DNA of 64,000 nucleotides from NCBI GenBank assembly GCA_044229975.1, contig JBGARZ010000013.1, forward strand, positions 192,001-256,000. The letters run 5' to 3'. The translations under genes and the position numbers were made by a program. How positions within the stretch are numbered: the stretch's first letter is position 1; every line of letters starts with the position of its first letter. Of this stretch, positions 28,958 to 39,471 are shown one piece after another. The notes under the pieces are model-generated. The model was given only the letters and a program-made list of their open reading frames with translations, had not been told where the DNA came from and did no database searches. The stretch is from Polyangiales bacterium. GTDB lineage: Bacteria > Myxococcota_A > Polyangia > Polyangiales > Ga0077539.

Positions 28958-29870
28958 GGCGCTCGCCCTTCGTGGCGGCGAGGTGCTCGCGGAAGAGCCG
29001 CGTCAGGTCGAGCATGCCGTCTTCGATGGACATTGTCGAACGCCACCCGAGGAGCTTCTCGGCCCGCGTGGTGTCGCCGTAGAAGCGCGCCACGTCGTAG
29101 CTGCGCGAGGGGCCCTGCACGACCTTGCCGCCGTTGTTCGCACAACGGAGCGCGAGCGCGGCGAGCTGACCGAGGGTGGTCCCGCGGCCCGTGAGGAAGT
29201 GGATCGGCGGCAGCGCGCGCTCGCCCCCGATCAGCGCCTGGGCGGTGGCCACGAGGCCGCGCACGGTGTCGCCGACGTGGGTGAAGTCGAAGGTGTGCTC
29301 CTCGCCGTCGACCCGGAGGTCTTGACCCTCCACCGCGCCGCGCGCGAAGGCCGGGATGACCCGGTCGACGTGGTCGTGGACGCTGCCGTAGACGTTGGAC
29401 AGGCGCACCACCGCCGTCGCGATGCCCGCGTCGCGAGCCGCCAGCGTGTGCTGCTCGCCCATCAGCTTCGAGCGGCCGTACACGTTGATCGGAACCACCG
29501 GGTCGTCTTCCTTCACGGGCAGCCCGTGGGGCTCGCCGTAGACCTCGCGGCTGCTCGACAGGATCACCCAGGGCTTGCGCTTGGACTCGACGGCGCACTT
29601 CAGCACGTTGTCGACGCCGCCGACGTTGACCTGCATGCAGCGCTCGGGGTCACGCTCGCCCCAGACGACGCGCGAGACCGCGGCCAGGTGCACGATGCCG
29701 TCGACGTTGGCCACCACCTCGCGCACCCGATCGAGGTCGAGGACGTCGATGCGCTCGGAGGGGCTCTCGGCCCGGACGTCGATCTTCGAGACGACGTGAC
29801 CGAGCGCAGTGAACGCAGCAGCGAGAGGGACGCCGATGAGCCCCGACGAACCCGTGATGAGGATGTTCAT
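28950..29870 (-). CDS. NAD-dependent epimerase/dehydratase (extended SDR)
   Basis: ILITGSSGLIG, HLAA, SSREVYG, YGRSK (YxxxK), RLSNVYG, DFTHVGD. Confidence 0.92.
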   Translation of the reverse strand: MNILITGSSGLIGVPLAAAFTALGHVVSKIDVRAESPSERIDVLDLDRVREVVANVDGIVHLAAVSRVVWGERDPERCMQVNVGGVDNVLKCAVESKRKPWVILSSSREVYGEPHGLPVKEDDPVVPINVYGRSKLMGEQHTLAARDAGIATAVVRLSNVYGSVHDHVDRVIPAFARGAVEGQDLRVDGEEHTFDFTHVGDTVRGLVATAQALIGGERALPPIHFLTGRGTTLGQLAALALRCANNGGKVVQGPSRSYDVARFYGDTTRAEKLLGWRSTMSIEDGMLDLTRLFREHLAATKGERLG

Positions 29871-30151
29871 GATCTGGCCTTCGATCTAGAGGATGCCTTC
29901 GTTCGGTGGAGAGGCGCTCTCTCCACCCACCAGCGATGCCCGCGACTCACGTCCGCTGCCCCGCCAAGGGGCACCAGTGTCGCCAGGCACGACGTGCGTT
30001 CAAGAACTACTTTCGAATCGCGGATTTTCTCCCCGAAATCACCGTCGCCACCCCCGTCATGGACCGCGGTGATCATGGGGCCGCGCGCGTAGGTTCCATT
30101 TTCGCGGCACATGGGGTTGCAGCTCCGCAGCGAGACCACCGTCGCTCGTCG

Positions 30152-32065
30152 TCAGCGCTCGCCGCCGCTCTTGCGCCAGGTGCTGCGCGGCGGCGGACGG
30201 CGGGGTGCCTGTTCGTCCATCGGCATGGCGCGCAGCGTCGGGTCGAGGCGGTCGGGCATCGAGGTACGCGCCTGGAAGGTGCCGGCCGCGCGGCCGAGAA
30301 TCTCCACGCGGGTCTCGCGGTCCATCACGCGGATGACCCCGATGTCCTCCTTCTGGAGGCCGCCCCAGCGGCAGAGCACCGGGATGAGCCACCGCGGGTC
30401 GGCCCGCTTCTCCCGCCCCACGTTGAGCACGAACCACGTCCCCGCGCCGCCCTGCCGCTCGTCCGGGCGCGCCGGGTAGCGCTCCTCCGGCCTCGGCACG
30501 AAGCGCTCCTCCTGCCGCGGAGCGAACTCCTGCCGCGGAGCGAACTCCTGCCGCGGGGCGAACTCCTGCCGCGGGGCGAAGCGCTCCTCGGTCCTCGGGG
30601 GGAAGCGCGGATCGACCCTCGGCCCGCGCGGGTCACCGCGGAACTCGTTGCGCTCGTAGCGCGGCCCGCCGACGGGCATCGGCCGCTCGTACCGCTGCTG
30701 CGGCGGACCGTTGACCTGCGCGAGCAGCTTGTGCGCGAAGGACACCGTCATCGGCAGCTCTTCGGGCTCCGGAAACTCTCCCCGCGTCATCGTCACCAGC
30801 GCCGCGACGAGCTCCTCCGCGGGGCGCTTGTCGAGCAGCCGACGGGCCACCGCGCGATCTTCCTCCGACGGCGTCACCCCCGTCGCTTCGAGCTTCGCCA
30901 CGAGCCGGTCGTCGTCGAAGCCGCGGATGGCCTCCGCCGTCGGGCACGGCTCCCACGACGCCGTCTGCACGTTGGACGTCCGCAGCATGCGCGCGACCAC
31001 CTGCCGGCGGTCGGGCGACACCAGCAGCACCGCCGTGCCCTTGCGGCCCGCGCGGCCCGTGCGCCCGCTGCGGTGCTGCAAGGTCATCGCGTCGCGCGGC
31101 GGGTCGGCGTGGATCACCAGCGAGACGTCCGGCAGGTCGAGACCGCGCGCCGCCACGTCCGTCGCCACGAGCACCTTCGCGTGCCCGTCGCGCAGCATCT
31201 GTAGCGCGCGCGCCCGCTCGGGCTGCGTCAGCTCGCCGCTCAGGCCCACGCAGCGGAAGCCCCGCTCGCGCAGCGTCGACTGCATCCGCGAGACCTCCTC
31301 GCGCGTCGCGCAGAACACGATCGCCCCCGGCGCGTCGTGGGCCCGCAGCACGTTGACCACCGCGTGCTCGCGTTCGCGAAACGCCACGATGTGCACCACG
31401 TACTTGATGTCCCGGTGCTGCTCCTGCGCCGGGGTCGCCGCCACGCGCGCCGCGTCGGGCAGCCACTTGCCCGCGAGCGACACCACCTCGCGCGGCAGCG
31501 TCGCCGAGAACCACAGCGACCGGTGCCCCTTCGGCGCCACGGCCAGCACCCGGTCGAGCTCGTCGCGGAAGCCCATGTCGAGCATCTCGTCGGCCTCGTC
31601 GAGCACCAGCGCCTGCATGTCGTCGAGCTTCAGCGTCCCGCGCTCGATGTGATCGCAGACGCGCCCGGGCGTCCCCACCACCAGGTGGACCCCGTCGGCC
31701 AGCGCCCGGAGCTGCTGCGCCAGCGGCGCCCCGCCCACGCACGCCACGCTCCGCATGCCCGTCGAGCCATAGAGCCACGACAGCTCCTGCTGCACCTGGA
31801 GCGCGAGCTCGCGCGTGGGCGCCAGCACCAGCGCCTTCGGGGTCGTCGCCCGCGGAAACGAGGTGGCCTCGCCGAGCAGCGTGTGGGCGAGCGCGAGCCC
31901 GAAGGCCACGGTCTTTCCGGAGCCGGTCTCGGCCGACACGAGGAGGTCGCGACCGAGCAGCGTGGGGTCGAGCACCGACGCCTGCACGGGGGTCGGGGTG
32001 ACGAACTGCTTCGCCTCCAGGGCCTGGAGCAACGTCGGGTGCGCACCGAGATCAGCGAAGGACAT
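30152..32065 (-). CDS. DEAD-box RNA helicase with C-terminal DbpA-type RNA-binding domain
   Basis: Q motif TPVQ, ETGSGKT, PTRELA, GTPGR, DEADEM, SAT, ATDVAARGLD, HRSGRTGRAG; WFVLNVGR..ADPRWL. Confidence 0.95.
   Translation of the reverse strand: MSFADLGAHPTLLQALEAKQFVTPTPVQASVLDPTLLGRDLLVSAETGSGKTVAFGLALAHTLLGEATSFPRATTPKALVLAPTRELALQVQQELSWLYGSTGMRSVACVGGAPLAQQLRALADGVHLVVGTPGRVCDHIERGTLKLDDMQALVLDEADEMLDMGFRDELDRVLAVAPKGHRSLWFSATLPREVVSLAGKWLPDAARVAATPAQEQHRDIKYVVHIVAFREREHAVVNVLRAHDAPGAIVFCATREEVSRMQSTLRERGFRCVGLSGELTQPERARALQMLRDGHAKVLVATDVAARGLDLPDVSLVIHADPPRDAMTLQHRSGRTGRAGRKGTAVLLVSPDRRQVVARMLRTSNVQTASWEPCPTAEAIRGFDDDRLVAKLEATGVTPSEEDRAVARRLLDKRPAEELVAALVTMTRGEFPEPEELPMTVSFAHKLLAQVNGPPQQRYERPMPVGGPRYERNEFRGDPRGPRVDPRFPPRTEERFAPRQEFAPRQEFAPRQEFAPRQEERFVPRPEERYPARPDERQGGAGTWFVLNVGREKRADPRWLIPVLCRWGGLQKEDIGVIRVMDRETRVEILGRAAGTFQARTSMPDRLDPTLRAMPMDEQAPRRPPPRSTWRKSGGER
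30509..30580. repeat. 18-bp coding tandem repeat x4 (FAPRQE)
   Basis: CTCCTGCCGCGG(A/G)GCGAA repeated four times in the helicase linker. Confidence 0.9.
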
Positions 32066-32138
32066 GGGCGCGCCGCTACCAGATTCAGCGGCGGAGCGCC
32101 ATCGCAGCCCGCACGAATGATCCCGCCGGGTCCGCGGG

Positions 32139-33404
32139 TTACGACGCTCCGCGCAGTGCCGAGCCGCGCAGGGCGGTAATGATGAGCGCGCCGTTGTAGA
32201 GCGTGTGCACCAGCCACGGCGCGGCAACGCCCCCCGACCTGTGCCGCAGCCAGCCATTGACCAGCGCGACCGCCGCGATGGGGCACAGACCCAGCAGCGC
32301 GCCCTTGAGCTGGATCGCGTGCAACGAGGTGAATACCAGCGCCTGTAAGAGAACGGCCACGGCAGGCCCCGCGCGCCCGAGCACCCGCTGCGCCGCACCG
32401 CGGTAGAACAGCTCCTCCGAGAGCGGCGCGAGCAGCGCCGTGAAGAGCAGCACGAGGCACCGCGGCGACGACGCGAACTCCCGCGCGACGGGGCTCTCGG
32501 AGGTGTCGGTGATCCAGAGGCTCGTGGCCATGGCGAAGCCCACCAGCGCCGCGGCGATGGGCACCGCCGCCAGCAGCCATCGCGACGAGGTGCGCCCGAG
32601 GCCGAGCGCCTCACGCAGCGGTGGACCGTCGGCGTCGAGTCCGCCGAGCAACCACGCCGCGGAGAGACAGAAGCCGGCACTCTGCGCGAGCTGCGCCGCG
32701 AGCACCGTAAACGGCGACGCGGGCAGCGCGCTGACCACCAGCAGCGGAAGGAAGAAGCTGCACCCGACGAGCGCACCGAGGAGCGCGAGCACGGCGCCCG
32801 GTCGATCGGCGACGGGGCGGAAGATGGAGGAGCGCAGCGACGGATCGGGGCGCGACGGCGCGGCGGTGAACGACGGCGAGAGCACCAGCAGGGCGAGCGC
32901 GATCACCAGCGCAGCGAGCGGCCACACGACGCGCGCGTGGAGCATCGGCCCCGCGTAGAGCGAGAGGCGACGCAGCGGGGTCGCGGGCGCGGCGTCGAAG
33001 GACAGGTCGAGCGGGGTGGAGCGCGGAGCGGTCCAGCGGAAGCCGACGCAGCGACGGGCGTCGGAGAGCGCGGCGGTGAGCGGGCGATCGAAGACGAGCT
33101 GCCCGGCGGGCGAGCGCGCGTCGAGTCGGAGCAGCGGGTCAGCGCCCGAGACGCTGCACGCGGTGACGCGGATCACGTCGCCCGCGCGGAGGTCGAAGCG
33201 GCCGAGCGGGTGTGGCGTGGTGCGCCACTCAGCGGACGATGGGTCGCTCACGACGAGCGAGCGCTCTGCGTGGGAGAGCTGTCGCGCGTGATGAACGACA
33301 CCGACGAGACTTGCGGCGACGAGGGCCCACGCGAGTGCGACGAAGGGGCCGCGCGGCGGAGCGCTCCGGGGCGTGCGAGCGCTTGCAGGCAACACGGGCC
33401 ACAT
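32139..33404 (-). CDS. CPBP (CAAX protease/Abi) family intramembrane glutamic endopeptidase
   Basis: [16 protein letters not shown] and HTLYN motifs; multiple TM segments. Start uncertain. Confidence 0.85.
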   Translation of the reverse strand: MWPVLPASARTPRSAPPRGPFVALAWALVAASLVGVVHHARQLSHAERSLVVSDPSSAEWRTTPHPLGRFDLRAGDVIRVTACSVSGADPLLRLDARSPAGQLVFDRPLTAALSDARRCVGFRWTAPRSTPLDLSFDAAPATPLRRLSLYAGPMLHARVVWPLAALVIALALLVLSPSFTAAPSRPDPSLRSSIFRPVADRPGAVLALLGALVGCSFFLPLLVVSALPASPFTVLAAQLAQSAGFCLSAAWLLGGLDADGPPLREALGLGRTSSRWLLAAVPIAAALVGFAMATSLWITDTSESPVAREFASSPRCLVLLFTALLAPLSEELFYRGAAQRVLGRAGPAVAVLLQALVFTSLHAIQLKGALLGLCPIAAVALVNGWLRHRSGGVAAPWLVHTLYNGALIITALRGSALRGAS

Positions 33405-33463
33405 TGTACGAGGATCGCCGAGTCGGGTCGTCAAACCTTCTACCGCTGCGTCGGTGTTCGTGG

Positions 33464-34156
33464 GTGCTTCGGGTGCGTCGCTGGTGCAAAGAACTCTGCT
33501 GGGTCGCATCGCTCGGCGCGTTCACCGGGTTCGCGCTGCCTCGCATGATGCTCCCCGGGCAGTACGCCCGCGCGCAGCGGATGCCCTGGGTGGCGCCGCG
33601 ACACGTCGACGCCGACGCGGGCGCGCGGTCGTCACCGGGTCCCGCGGAGGAGATCCGGCTCACCGACCTGCCCGAGAGCCCGATGCCACCGGGCGTCGCG
33701 ACGAGGGACGCGGGCGCCGCGGCGTTGAGCGTCGAGGAAGACGACGACGCCGCCACGACAGCCAGCGTGCGCGAGCCGTCGCCCGCCGAGGCCGCCGCCC
33801 GTCGTGAGCGCGACCGACTGCTGCATCGTGAGCGCGACCGCTGGGTGCTCGACCTCACCGGCGTGGAGCGTCCGCGCACGCTGCTGTCGGGCGCGCGCGT
33901 GCGCTGGCTGGGCGAGGACGACTCGGGCGAGGGCTACGAGATCACCGGGCTCGATCGCAACGGGCTCATGGCGCGCGCGGGCATCCGCCCCGGCGACAAG
34001 CTGGTCTCGCTCAACGGCACGCCGCTGCGCAACCCCGACGAGGCGCTCGACGCGTACGTGCGGGCGCGCAACGCCACGCGCTTCGACCTCACGCTCTCGC
34101 GGCGCGGGAGCAACTACACGGTGCCGGTGACGGTGCGCGGAAACCGGGGGCTGTGA
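33464..34156 (+). CDS. PDZ-domain membrane protein (GspC C-terminal-like)
   Basis: N-terminal hydrophobic anchor; [35 protein letters not shown]. Start uncertain. Confidence 0.72.
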   Translation: MLRVRRWCKELCWVASLGAFTGFALPRMMLPGQYARAQRMPWVAPRHVDADAGARSSPGPAEEIRLTDLPESPMPPGVATRDAGAAALSVEEDDDAATTASVREPSPAEAAARRERDRLLHRERDRWVLDLTGVERPRTLLSGARVRWLGEDDSGEGYEITGLDRNGLMARAGIRPGDKLVSLNGTPLRNPDEALDAYVRARNATRFDLTLSRRGSNYTVPVTVRGNRGL

Positions 34157-35010
34157 GGCCGGGTCTGGCCGCGCTGATCGTTGTTCTCTTCGCCCGCACG
34201 GCGCTCGCCCAGGACGCGGGCGCACCTCCCGACGCCACCCCCGTCGCAGACGCAGACGCTGCCACGACCGACGACGCCGCGACGCCCGTCCCCGACGACG
34301 ACGACCCGGCCCGCGCCACGCCCGCCGAGGACGAGGCCGCCGCCCGCGCGCTCGGCCCCGACGACGACGACGGCACGCCCGAAGGAGACGCCCTCCCCGA
34401 CGTGCCCGCCGTCGCCTCGGAGATCGCCGCGATGTCGTCGCGCACCTGCCTGCGCGCGATGGTTCGCGCCCACATCGACTTCGAGCGCCCGCGGCAGTTT
34501 CCCGTCGGCGTCGGCACGCCCGTCATCGTGCGCGGGCCCATCCGCGGCGTGACCTTCCACGGCTCGCGCGACACCGCCGTGCGTGAGCTCATGGACTGCC
34601 GCCTCGCCGTGGTGCTCGTGCGCTACGCGACCTTCCTGCGCGCGCATCACATCCGCGAGGTGCGCCACCTGTCGCTGTGGCGCATCGCCGGTCGCAGCGA
34701 GCCCATGGCCAACGGGCTCTATCCGCGACACCCGGGCGGCATGGCCATCGACGCCGGGGTGTTCGTTCGCGACGACGGGACGCAGCTCAACGTGCTGCGC
34801 GACTACCATGGCCGCCGCGGTCGGCCGCCGTGCGGGCCCAACGCGCGCGTGACGCCGTCACCCGCAGCGCGAGAGCTGCGAACGCTCCACTGCGAGCCCG
34901 CGCGGCGCGGCTGGTTTCACGTCGCGCTGGGGCCCAACTTCAACTTCGAGCACCGCAACCACCTCCACCTGGAGGTGACCCGCAACGTGAGCTGGAACTT
35001 TATTCGTTAG
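34153..35010 (+). CDS. Extensin-like C-terminal domain protein (secreted)
   Basis: Signal peptide; [43 protein letters not shown]. Confidence 0.82.
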   Translation: MRPGLAALIVVLFARTALAQDAGAPPDATPVADADAATTDDAATPVPDDDDPARATPAEDEAAARALGPDDDDGTPEGDALPDVPAVASEIAAMSSRTCLRAMVRAHIDFERPRQFPVGVGTPVIVRGPIRGVTFHGSRDTAVRELMDCRLAVVLVRYATFLRAHHIREVRHLSLWRIAGRSEPMANGLYPRHPGGMAIDAGVFVRDDGTQLNVLRDYHGRRGRPPCGPNARVTPSPAARELRTLHCEPARRGWFHVALGPNFNFEHRNHLHLEVTRNVSWNFIR

Positions 35011-36254
35011 GCGGTGGGGACGGTCGTCGCGCGGTGGGCGTCGACGACGGCGAGGATGGTGGCGGTGTCGAGGATGTGGCCCGCGTTCTTGGCGTGCTGG
35101 AGGATGGCCTGCACCATCCCGGCGTCGGGCTCGACCTTGTGGGTCTTCAGCCAGTGATGGACGTTGCTGGCGCCGCTCATGGGGCCGATCTCGATGGACT
35201 GACCGCGGCCGAACATACCCGCGGGCACGCCCGAGTAGATGCGGTCGGCGAGCCAGGCGTCGCCCTTGTTCTGGGCCTTGATGATCGCGGCCGCGTGCAC
35301 ACCGGTGGACGTGCGAAACGCGTCGGCGCCGACCAGCGGGTAGTTCACCGGAACGGGCAACCCGACGGCCTTCGAGGTGAGCTCGCAGTAGCGGATGAGG
35401 TCGGTGAGGTCTTGATGTTCGAGGGCGCCCGCGAGCTTGAGGTTGAGGAGGATGAACTCCATCGCCGTGTTGCCCACGCGCTCGCCGATGCCGAGCGCGG
35501 CGCCGTGCACGCGGTCGATGCCCTCTTCGACGGCGGTGAGCGCGTTGACGAGGCCGAGGCCGCGGTCGTTGTGGTTGTGGTAGTCGAGCTTCACGTGCGT
35601 GGCGCCGTACCCCTTGAGGAGGTTCTGCGTGAAGCGGATGAGGTTGCGCGTGCCATCGGGCGTGGCGTGACCGACCGTGTCGCAGAGCACCAGGCGCTCG
35701 GCGCCGTGGTCGATGGCGTTCTTGAAGAGCGCGGCGAGCACCTCGGGGCGCGAGCGTGTGGTGTCCTCGGTGACGTAGGCCACCGGGAGGCCGTTCTTCA
35801 CGGCGACGTCGATGGCGTCGGCGCTGTGCTTGAGCAGCGTCGCGACGTCCCAGCTCTCGGCGAAGAGGCGGATCGGCGAGCTCCCGATGAAGGTGTAGAC
35901 CTCCACCGGGATGCCCGCCTTCTGGGAGATGTCCACCATCGGGAGGATGTCCGCCGCGACGGTGCGGCCCGCGCACGCCGGGCGGAGCTTCATCTTCGTG
36001 GCGACGATCTCCTGGCACATGCGCAGCACGTCATCGAAGGCGCGCTTCGTCGAACCGGGCAACCCGATGTCGGCGGCGTGGATGCCGAGCGACTCCATGA
36101 GGTGGAGCAGCTCCAGCTTCTGCTCGATGGTGGGGTCCTGCACTGACGGGTTCTGGAGCCCGTCGCGCAGGGTCTCGTCGAAGAACTCCACCGGCCCGAA
36201 CGGCGGGTGACGTCGGTCGACCTCGTTCCAGTCGTAGATGAGCTCTTCGTCCAT
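35007..36254 (-). CDS. LeuA-family (2-isopropylmalate/homocitrate synthase-like) protein lacking the C-terminal regulatory domain
   Basis: FDETLRDGLQ, EDTTRS, CDTVG, HNHNDRGL, GIGERVGN, GVHAAA, GPMSG. Confidence 0.88.
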   Translation of the reverse strand: MDEELIYDWNEVDRRHPPFGPVEFFDETLRDGLQNPSVQDPTIEQKLELLHLMESLGIHAADIGLPGSTKRAFDDVLRMCQEIVATKMKLRPACAGRTVAADILPMVDISQKAGIPVEVYTFIGSSPIRLFAESWDVATLLKHSADAIDVAVKNGLPVAYVTEDTTRSRPEVLAALFKNAIDHGAERLVLCDTVGHATPDGTRNLIRFTQNLLKGYGATHVKLDYHNHNDRGLGLVNALTAVEEGIDRVHGAALGIGERVGNTAMEFILLNLKLAGALEHQDLTDLIRYCELTSKAVGLPVPVNYPLVGADAFRTSTGVHAAAIIKAQNKGDAWLADRIYSGVPAGMFGRGQSIEIGPMSGASNVHHWLKTHKVEPDAGMVQAILQHAKNAGHILDTATILAVVDAHRATTVPTA

Positions 36255-36262
36255 GGCGCGAC

Positions 36263-37456
36263 TCAGATGCGCTCGATGAGGACCGCGAGCCCCTGGCCGC
36301 CGCCGATGCAGGCCGAGCCCACGGCGGTCTTCAGGTTGCGCTTGCGGAGCGCGTGGACGAGGTGCGCCGTGATGCGCGCGCCCGACGCGCCGAGCGGGTG
36401 ACCGATGGCGATGGCGCCGCCGTCGACGTTGGTCTTGTTGCGGTCGAGGCCGAGCTCCTTCTCGACGGCGAGGTACTGCGCCGCGAAGGCCTCGTTGACC
36501 TCGACGAGGTCGATCTGGTCGAGCGTGGTGTCCGCGCGACGCAGCACCGACTGGATCGCCGGAACCGGCCCGATGCCCATGATGCTCGGCTCTACCGCGG
36601 CGACGCCCCACTGCACCAGGCGAGCGAGCGGCTTGAGCCCACGCGAGCGCGCGAAGTCGGCGCTGGCGAGCACGAGCGCCGCGGCGCCGTCGTTGATGCC
36701 CGAGGCGTTGCCGGCCGTGACGACGCCGTCCTTCTTGAAGGCGGGGTTGAGCTTCGCGAGCGTCTCCAGGGTGGTCTGGGGCCGCGGGTGCTCGTCGCGC
36801 GAGAAGACGACCGAGCCCTTCTTGCCCGCGATCTCGACGGTGGTGAGCTCGTCGTTGAAGGCGCCGGCCTCGCTCGCCGCGGCCCAGCGCTGCTGCGAGA
36901 GGAGCGCGAACTTGTCGCAGTCCTCGCGGGTGAGGCCGTACTTCTGCGCGAGGTTCTCGGCCGTGATGGCCATCGGGGTGTTGCAGTAGGAGTCGGTGAG
37001 CGCAGCGGCGAGGGAGTCTTCGAGGGCGGGCGCGCGGCCGAAGGCGAAGCCGTCGCGGGCGCCGCGGATGATGTGCGGCGCCTGGGTCATGTTCTCGGTG
37101 CCGCCGACGAGGACGCACTCGGTCTCGCCGAGGAGGATCTGCTCGGCGCCGTTGATGACGGCCTGGAAGCCGGAGCCGCAGAGGCGGTTGACGGTGAGGG
37201 CGGGCGTGGTGATCGGCAGGCCGGACTTCAGGCCGACGTGGCGGGCGAGGTAGATGGCGTCGGCGCTGGTCTGCTGGACGTTGCCGAAGATGACGTGGCC
37301 GACATCCTCGTTGGCGACGTTGGCGTCGACGAGGGCGGCCTTCGAGGCGTTGACCGCGAGGTCGGTGGCCGAGACGCTCTTGAGCGCGCCCGAGAGGGTG
37401 CCGAAGGGGGTACGACGGGCCGAGAGGATCACGATCTCGCGCGAGAGCTTCGCCAT
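36263..37456 (-). CDS. Acetyl-CoA C-acetyltransferase (thiolase)
   Basis: RTPFG, NRLCGSG (catalytic Cys), TAGNASGINDGA, EVNEAFA, GAIAIGHPLGASG, CIGGGQG. Confidence 0.96.
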   Translation of the reverse strand: MAKLSREIVILSARRTPFGTLSGALKSVSATDLAVNASKAALVDANVANEDVGHVIFGNVQQTSADAIYLARHVGLKSGLPITTPALTVNRLCGSGFQAVINGAEQILLGETECVLVGGTENMTQAPHIIRGARDGFAFGRAPALEDSLAAALTDSYCNTPMAITAENLAQKYGLTREDCDKFALLSQQRWAAASEAGAFNDELTTVEIAGKKGSVVFSRDEHPRPQTTLETLAKLNPAFKKDGVVTAGNASGINDGAAALVLASADFARSRGLKPLARLVQWGVAAVEPSIMGIGPVPAIQSVLRRADTTLDQIDLVEVNEAFAAQYLAVEKELGLDRNKTNVDGGAIAIGHPLGASGARITAHLVHALRKRNLKTAVGSACIGGGQGLAVLIERI

Positions 37457-37565
37457 GGGGAGTATCTCCGTTGGGGGTATGAGCGGCGGGGTGTGGTGGC
37501 CGCTCGGGCGGGAGTTATGGCGGCTCGACGGGCCGGGCACAAGGGCGCCGGTGACGCCGCAGGGT

Positions 37566-39305
37566 TCAGTGCTGCGGCACGCGCTCGGGGCCGCCGCGGG
37601 TGCCCAGCGGCTGCTCGTCGTAGTGCACGTACACCCGCGTCCCCGGGCGCTGCGCGCTGGCGTACGCGCCGCTCCACCCCGGCGGCACGTGCGGTTCGGT
37701 CCAGTTGTAGAGCCAGCGCGCGTCGGGCGGGCTCATGTTGACGCAGCCGTGCGAGTGCATCGCGCCGAAGCCGTTGTGCCAGAACGCTCCGTGCAGCGCG
37801 AACGACCCCTCGAAGTACATCACCCAGGGCACGTCCTCGATGCTGTACGGGCCGTCGTTGGCGCTGTTGCCATCCATGGTCGTCGCGACGTGCTTCGACA
37901 GGATGCGATAGCCGCCTTGGATGGTCTCGTAGTTCTCCTCGGGGTTGCTCCGGTTGCGACGGCCGGTGCTCACCACGGTCACGTACACGGGCCGCGCGCC
38001 GACGTAGGCCACCACGCTCTGGTGGTCGAGGTTCACGTCGATCCACTTCTCGTCGACGCCGAGGTCCGTCGGCGGGTCGTGGCGGGTCACCACGCGCACC
38101 TGCCGCGAGCGCAGGAAGTACCCGTCGGCCGTGTGGTAGTACTGCTCGTTGCCGACCGTCACCGGGGGCTCGTCGGCGAGCTGGATGATGGTCAGCCGCG
38201 GCGTGCGACCCAGCGGCGACATGGTGCGCCCGGTGGCCTGGTACGTCGTCGCCTGCGAGCTCAACACGAACGCGATCGGCAGGTGGCGCTGCTCGTCGAT
38301 GGCGACGCCCTGGAAGTACCCCGGGTCGCGCAGCGTCGAGAGCGAGCCCGACCGGATGTAACCGCCCGACTGCGTGTGCCAGAAGTTGGTGCCCGCGTCG
38401 GAGCGCATCTCGCGGTGCAGCGAGACGTACATCCCTCGCAGCATCCTGCGCATCACGGCGGTGCCCGAGGCGCCCTCCAGGTCTTCGATGCGCACCTGTC
38501 CCCCCGCGTCGGGCCGACCCCCATCGGCGCCGTTGATCGCCGCGACCGCCGCGACCGCCGCGACCGCCGCGTCGTCGAGGGTCCCGCCGTCCGCGTTCGT
38601 GTTCGCGTTCTCACGCGGGGCGAAGCGCTCGGGCTCCGCGGCGCGCTCCTCGTCGTCCGAGGGCATCCATCGGTACACGACGCCGTTGCGGGTGCTGCGC
38701 GCGTAGGTGAAGGGCATCGACGCGTCGACGTCGGGCGGATTGGGCAGCCGCCGCGTCATCGCCGTGTTGCCCATCGTCGCGCTGAAGGCCGCCAGCGGAC
38801 CGACGCACACGAAGCCGCCGCCTTCGACCTCGTACCAGCCGGCGCCGCGCATGTCGCGACGCACCGGGCAGCCGTCGTTGCCGACGGGACCACGCACGAC
38901 GGCGATCTGTCCGCCCGCGCGGATGTACCCGATCCAGTGGGCGTTGGACTGCGGCGCCTCGACGACGCCGGTGCGCCAGCCGAGGGCGGTGATCATCGTG
39001 CGAGGGCCCGCGTCGACCGCACCCGCTTCGGCCGTAGCATCGTCGGGCTGCGCCGTGCCGGCGTCGTCGTGGGGGTTGGGCTCCAGGGCTGATCCGCCCG
39101 TGTCGTCGGTGGCGCTCGGAGGGAGGCTCGGGTCGACGGGCAGCGTGAGCGCGCCATCGAGCGGAGGCGACGCGGAGTCGGGCGCGGTGGCGCGGCTCCA
39201 GAGGTTGTCGAGGCGCGAGCAGCCGCCCGTCGAGGCGAGCGCCGCCGAAGCGGCGCAGGCGAAGAAGAAGCGGCGAGAGGTGCGGTTCGTAGCGGGGTGG
39301 CTCAT
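37566..39305 (-). CDS. L,D-transpeptidase (YkuD) family protein, probable Tat-exported lipoprotein
   Basis: SRRFF twin-arginine motif plus TGGC; VSTG, DVPWVMYF, ALHGAFWH..FG..HSHGCVNMS. Confidence 0.9.
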   Translation of the reverse strand: MSHPATNRTSRRFFFACAASAALASTGGCSRLDNLWSRATAPDSASPPLDGALTLPVDPSLPPSATDDTGGSALEPNPHDDAGTAQPDDATAEAGAVDAGPRTMITALGWRTGVVEAPQSNAHWIGYIRAGGQIAVVRGPVGNDGCPVRRDMRGAGWYEVEGGGFVCVGPLAAFSATMGNTAMTRRLPNPPDVDASMPFTYARSTRNGVVYRWMPSDDEERAAEPERFAPRENANTNADGGTLDDAAVAAVAAVAAINGADGGRPDAGGQVRIEDLEGASGTAVMRRMLRGMYVSLHREMRSDAGTNFWHTQSGGYIRSGSLSTLRDPGYFQGVAIDEQRHLPIAFVLSSQATTYQATGRTMSPLGRTPRLTIIQLADEPPVTVGNEQYYHTADGYFLRSRQVRVVTRHDPPTDLGVDEKWIDVNLDHQSVVAYVGARPVYVTVVSTGRRNRSNPEENYETIQGGYRILSKHVATTMDGNSANDGPYSIEDVPWVMYFEGSFALHGAFWHNGFGAMHSHGCVNMSPPDARWLYNWTEPHVPPGWSGAYASAQRPGTRVYVHYDEQPLGTRGGPERVPQH

Positions 39306-39471
39306 GGCGACTCCGAGGCGGCGGTCCCGGGTGCGCTACCACAGCGCGGGGGACCATTGTCCAATTGACCGTCTCTGCGACAACCGCACCAACGGGTCTA
39401 CGGCGTCGAAGCGGCGGCGCGCGGAGGGCTTTGCTGGTAGAGGGAGCGCGAGGTTGTTGCTGGCCCACGTG

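Noticed and set aside
29871..30151. Riboswitch in the leader of the epimerase gene
   Set aside because: Only a short hairpin (GGTGGAGAG/CTCTCCACC); no convincing match to a known aptamer. An Infernal/Rfam scan would be needed.
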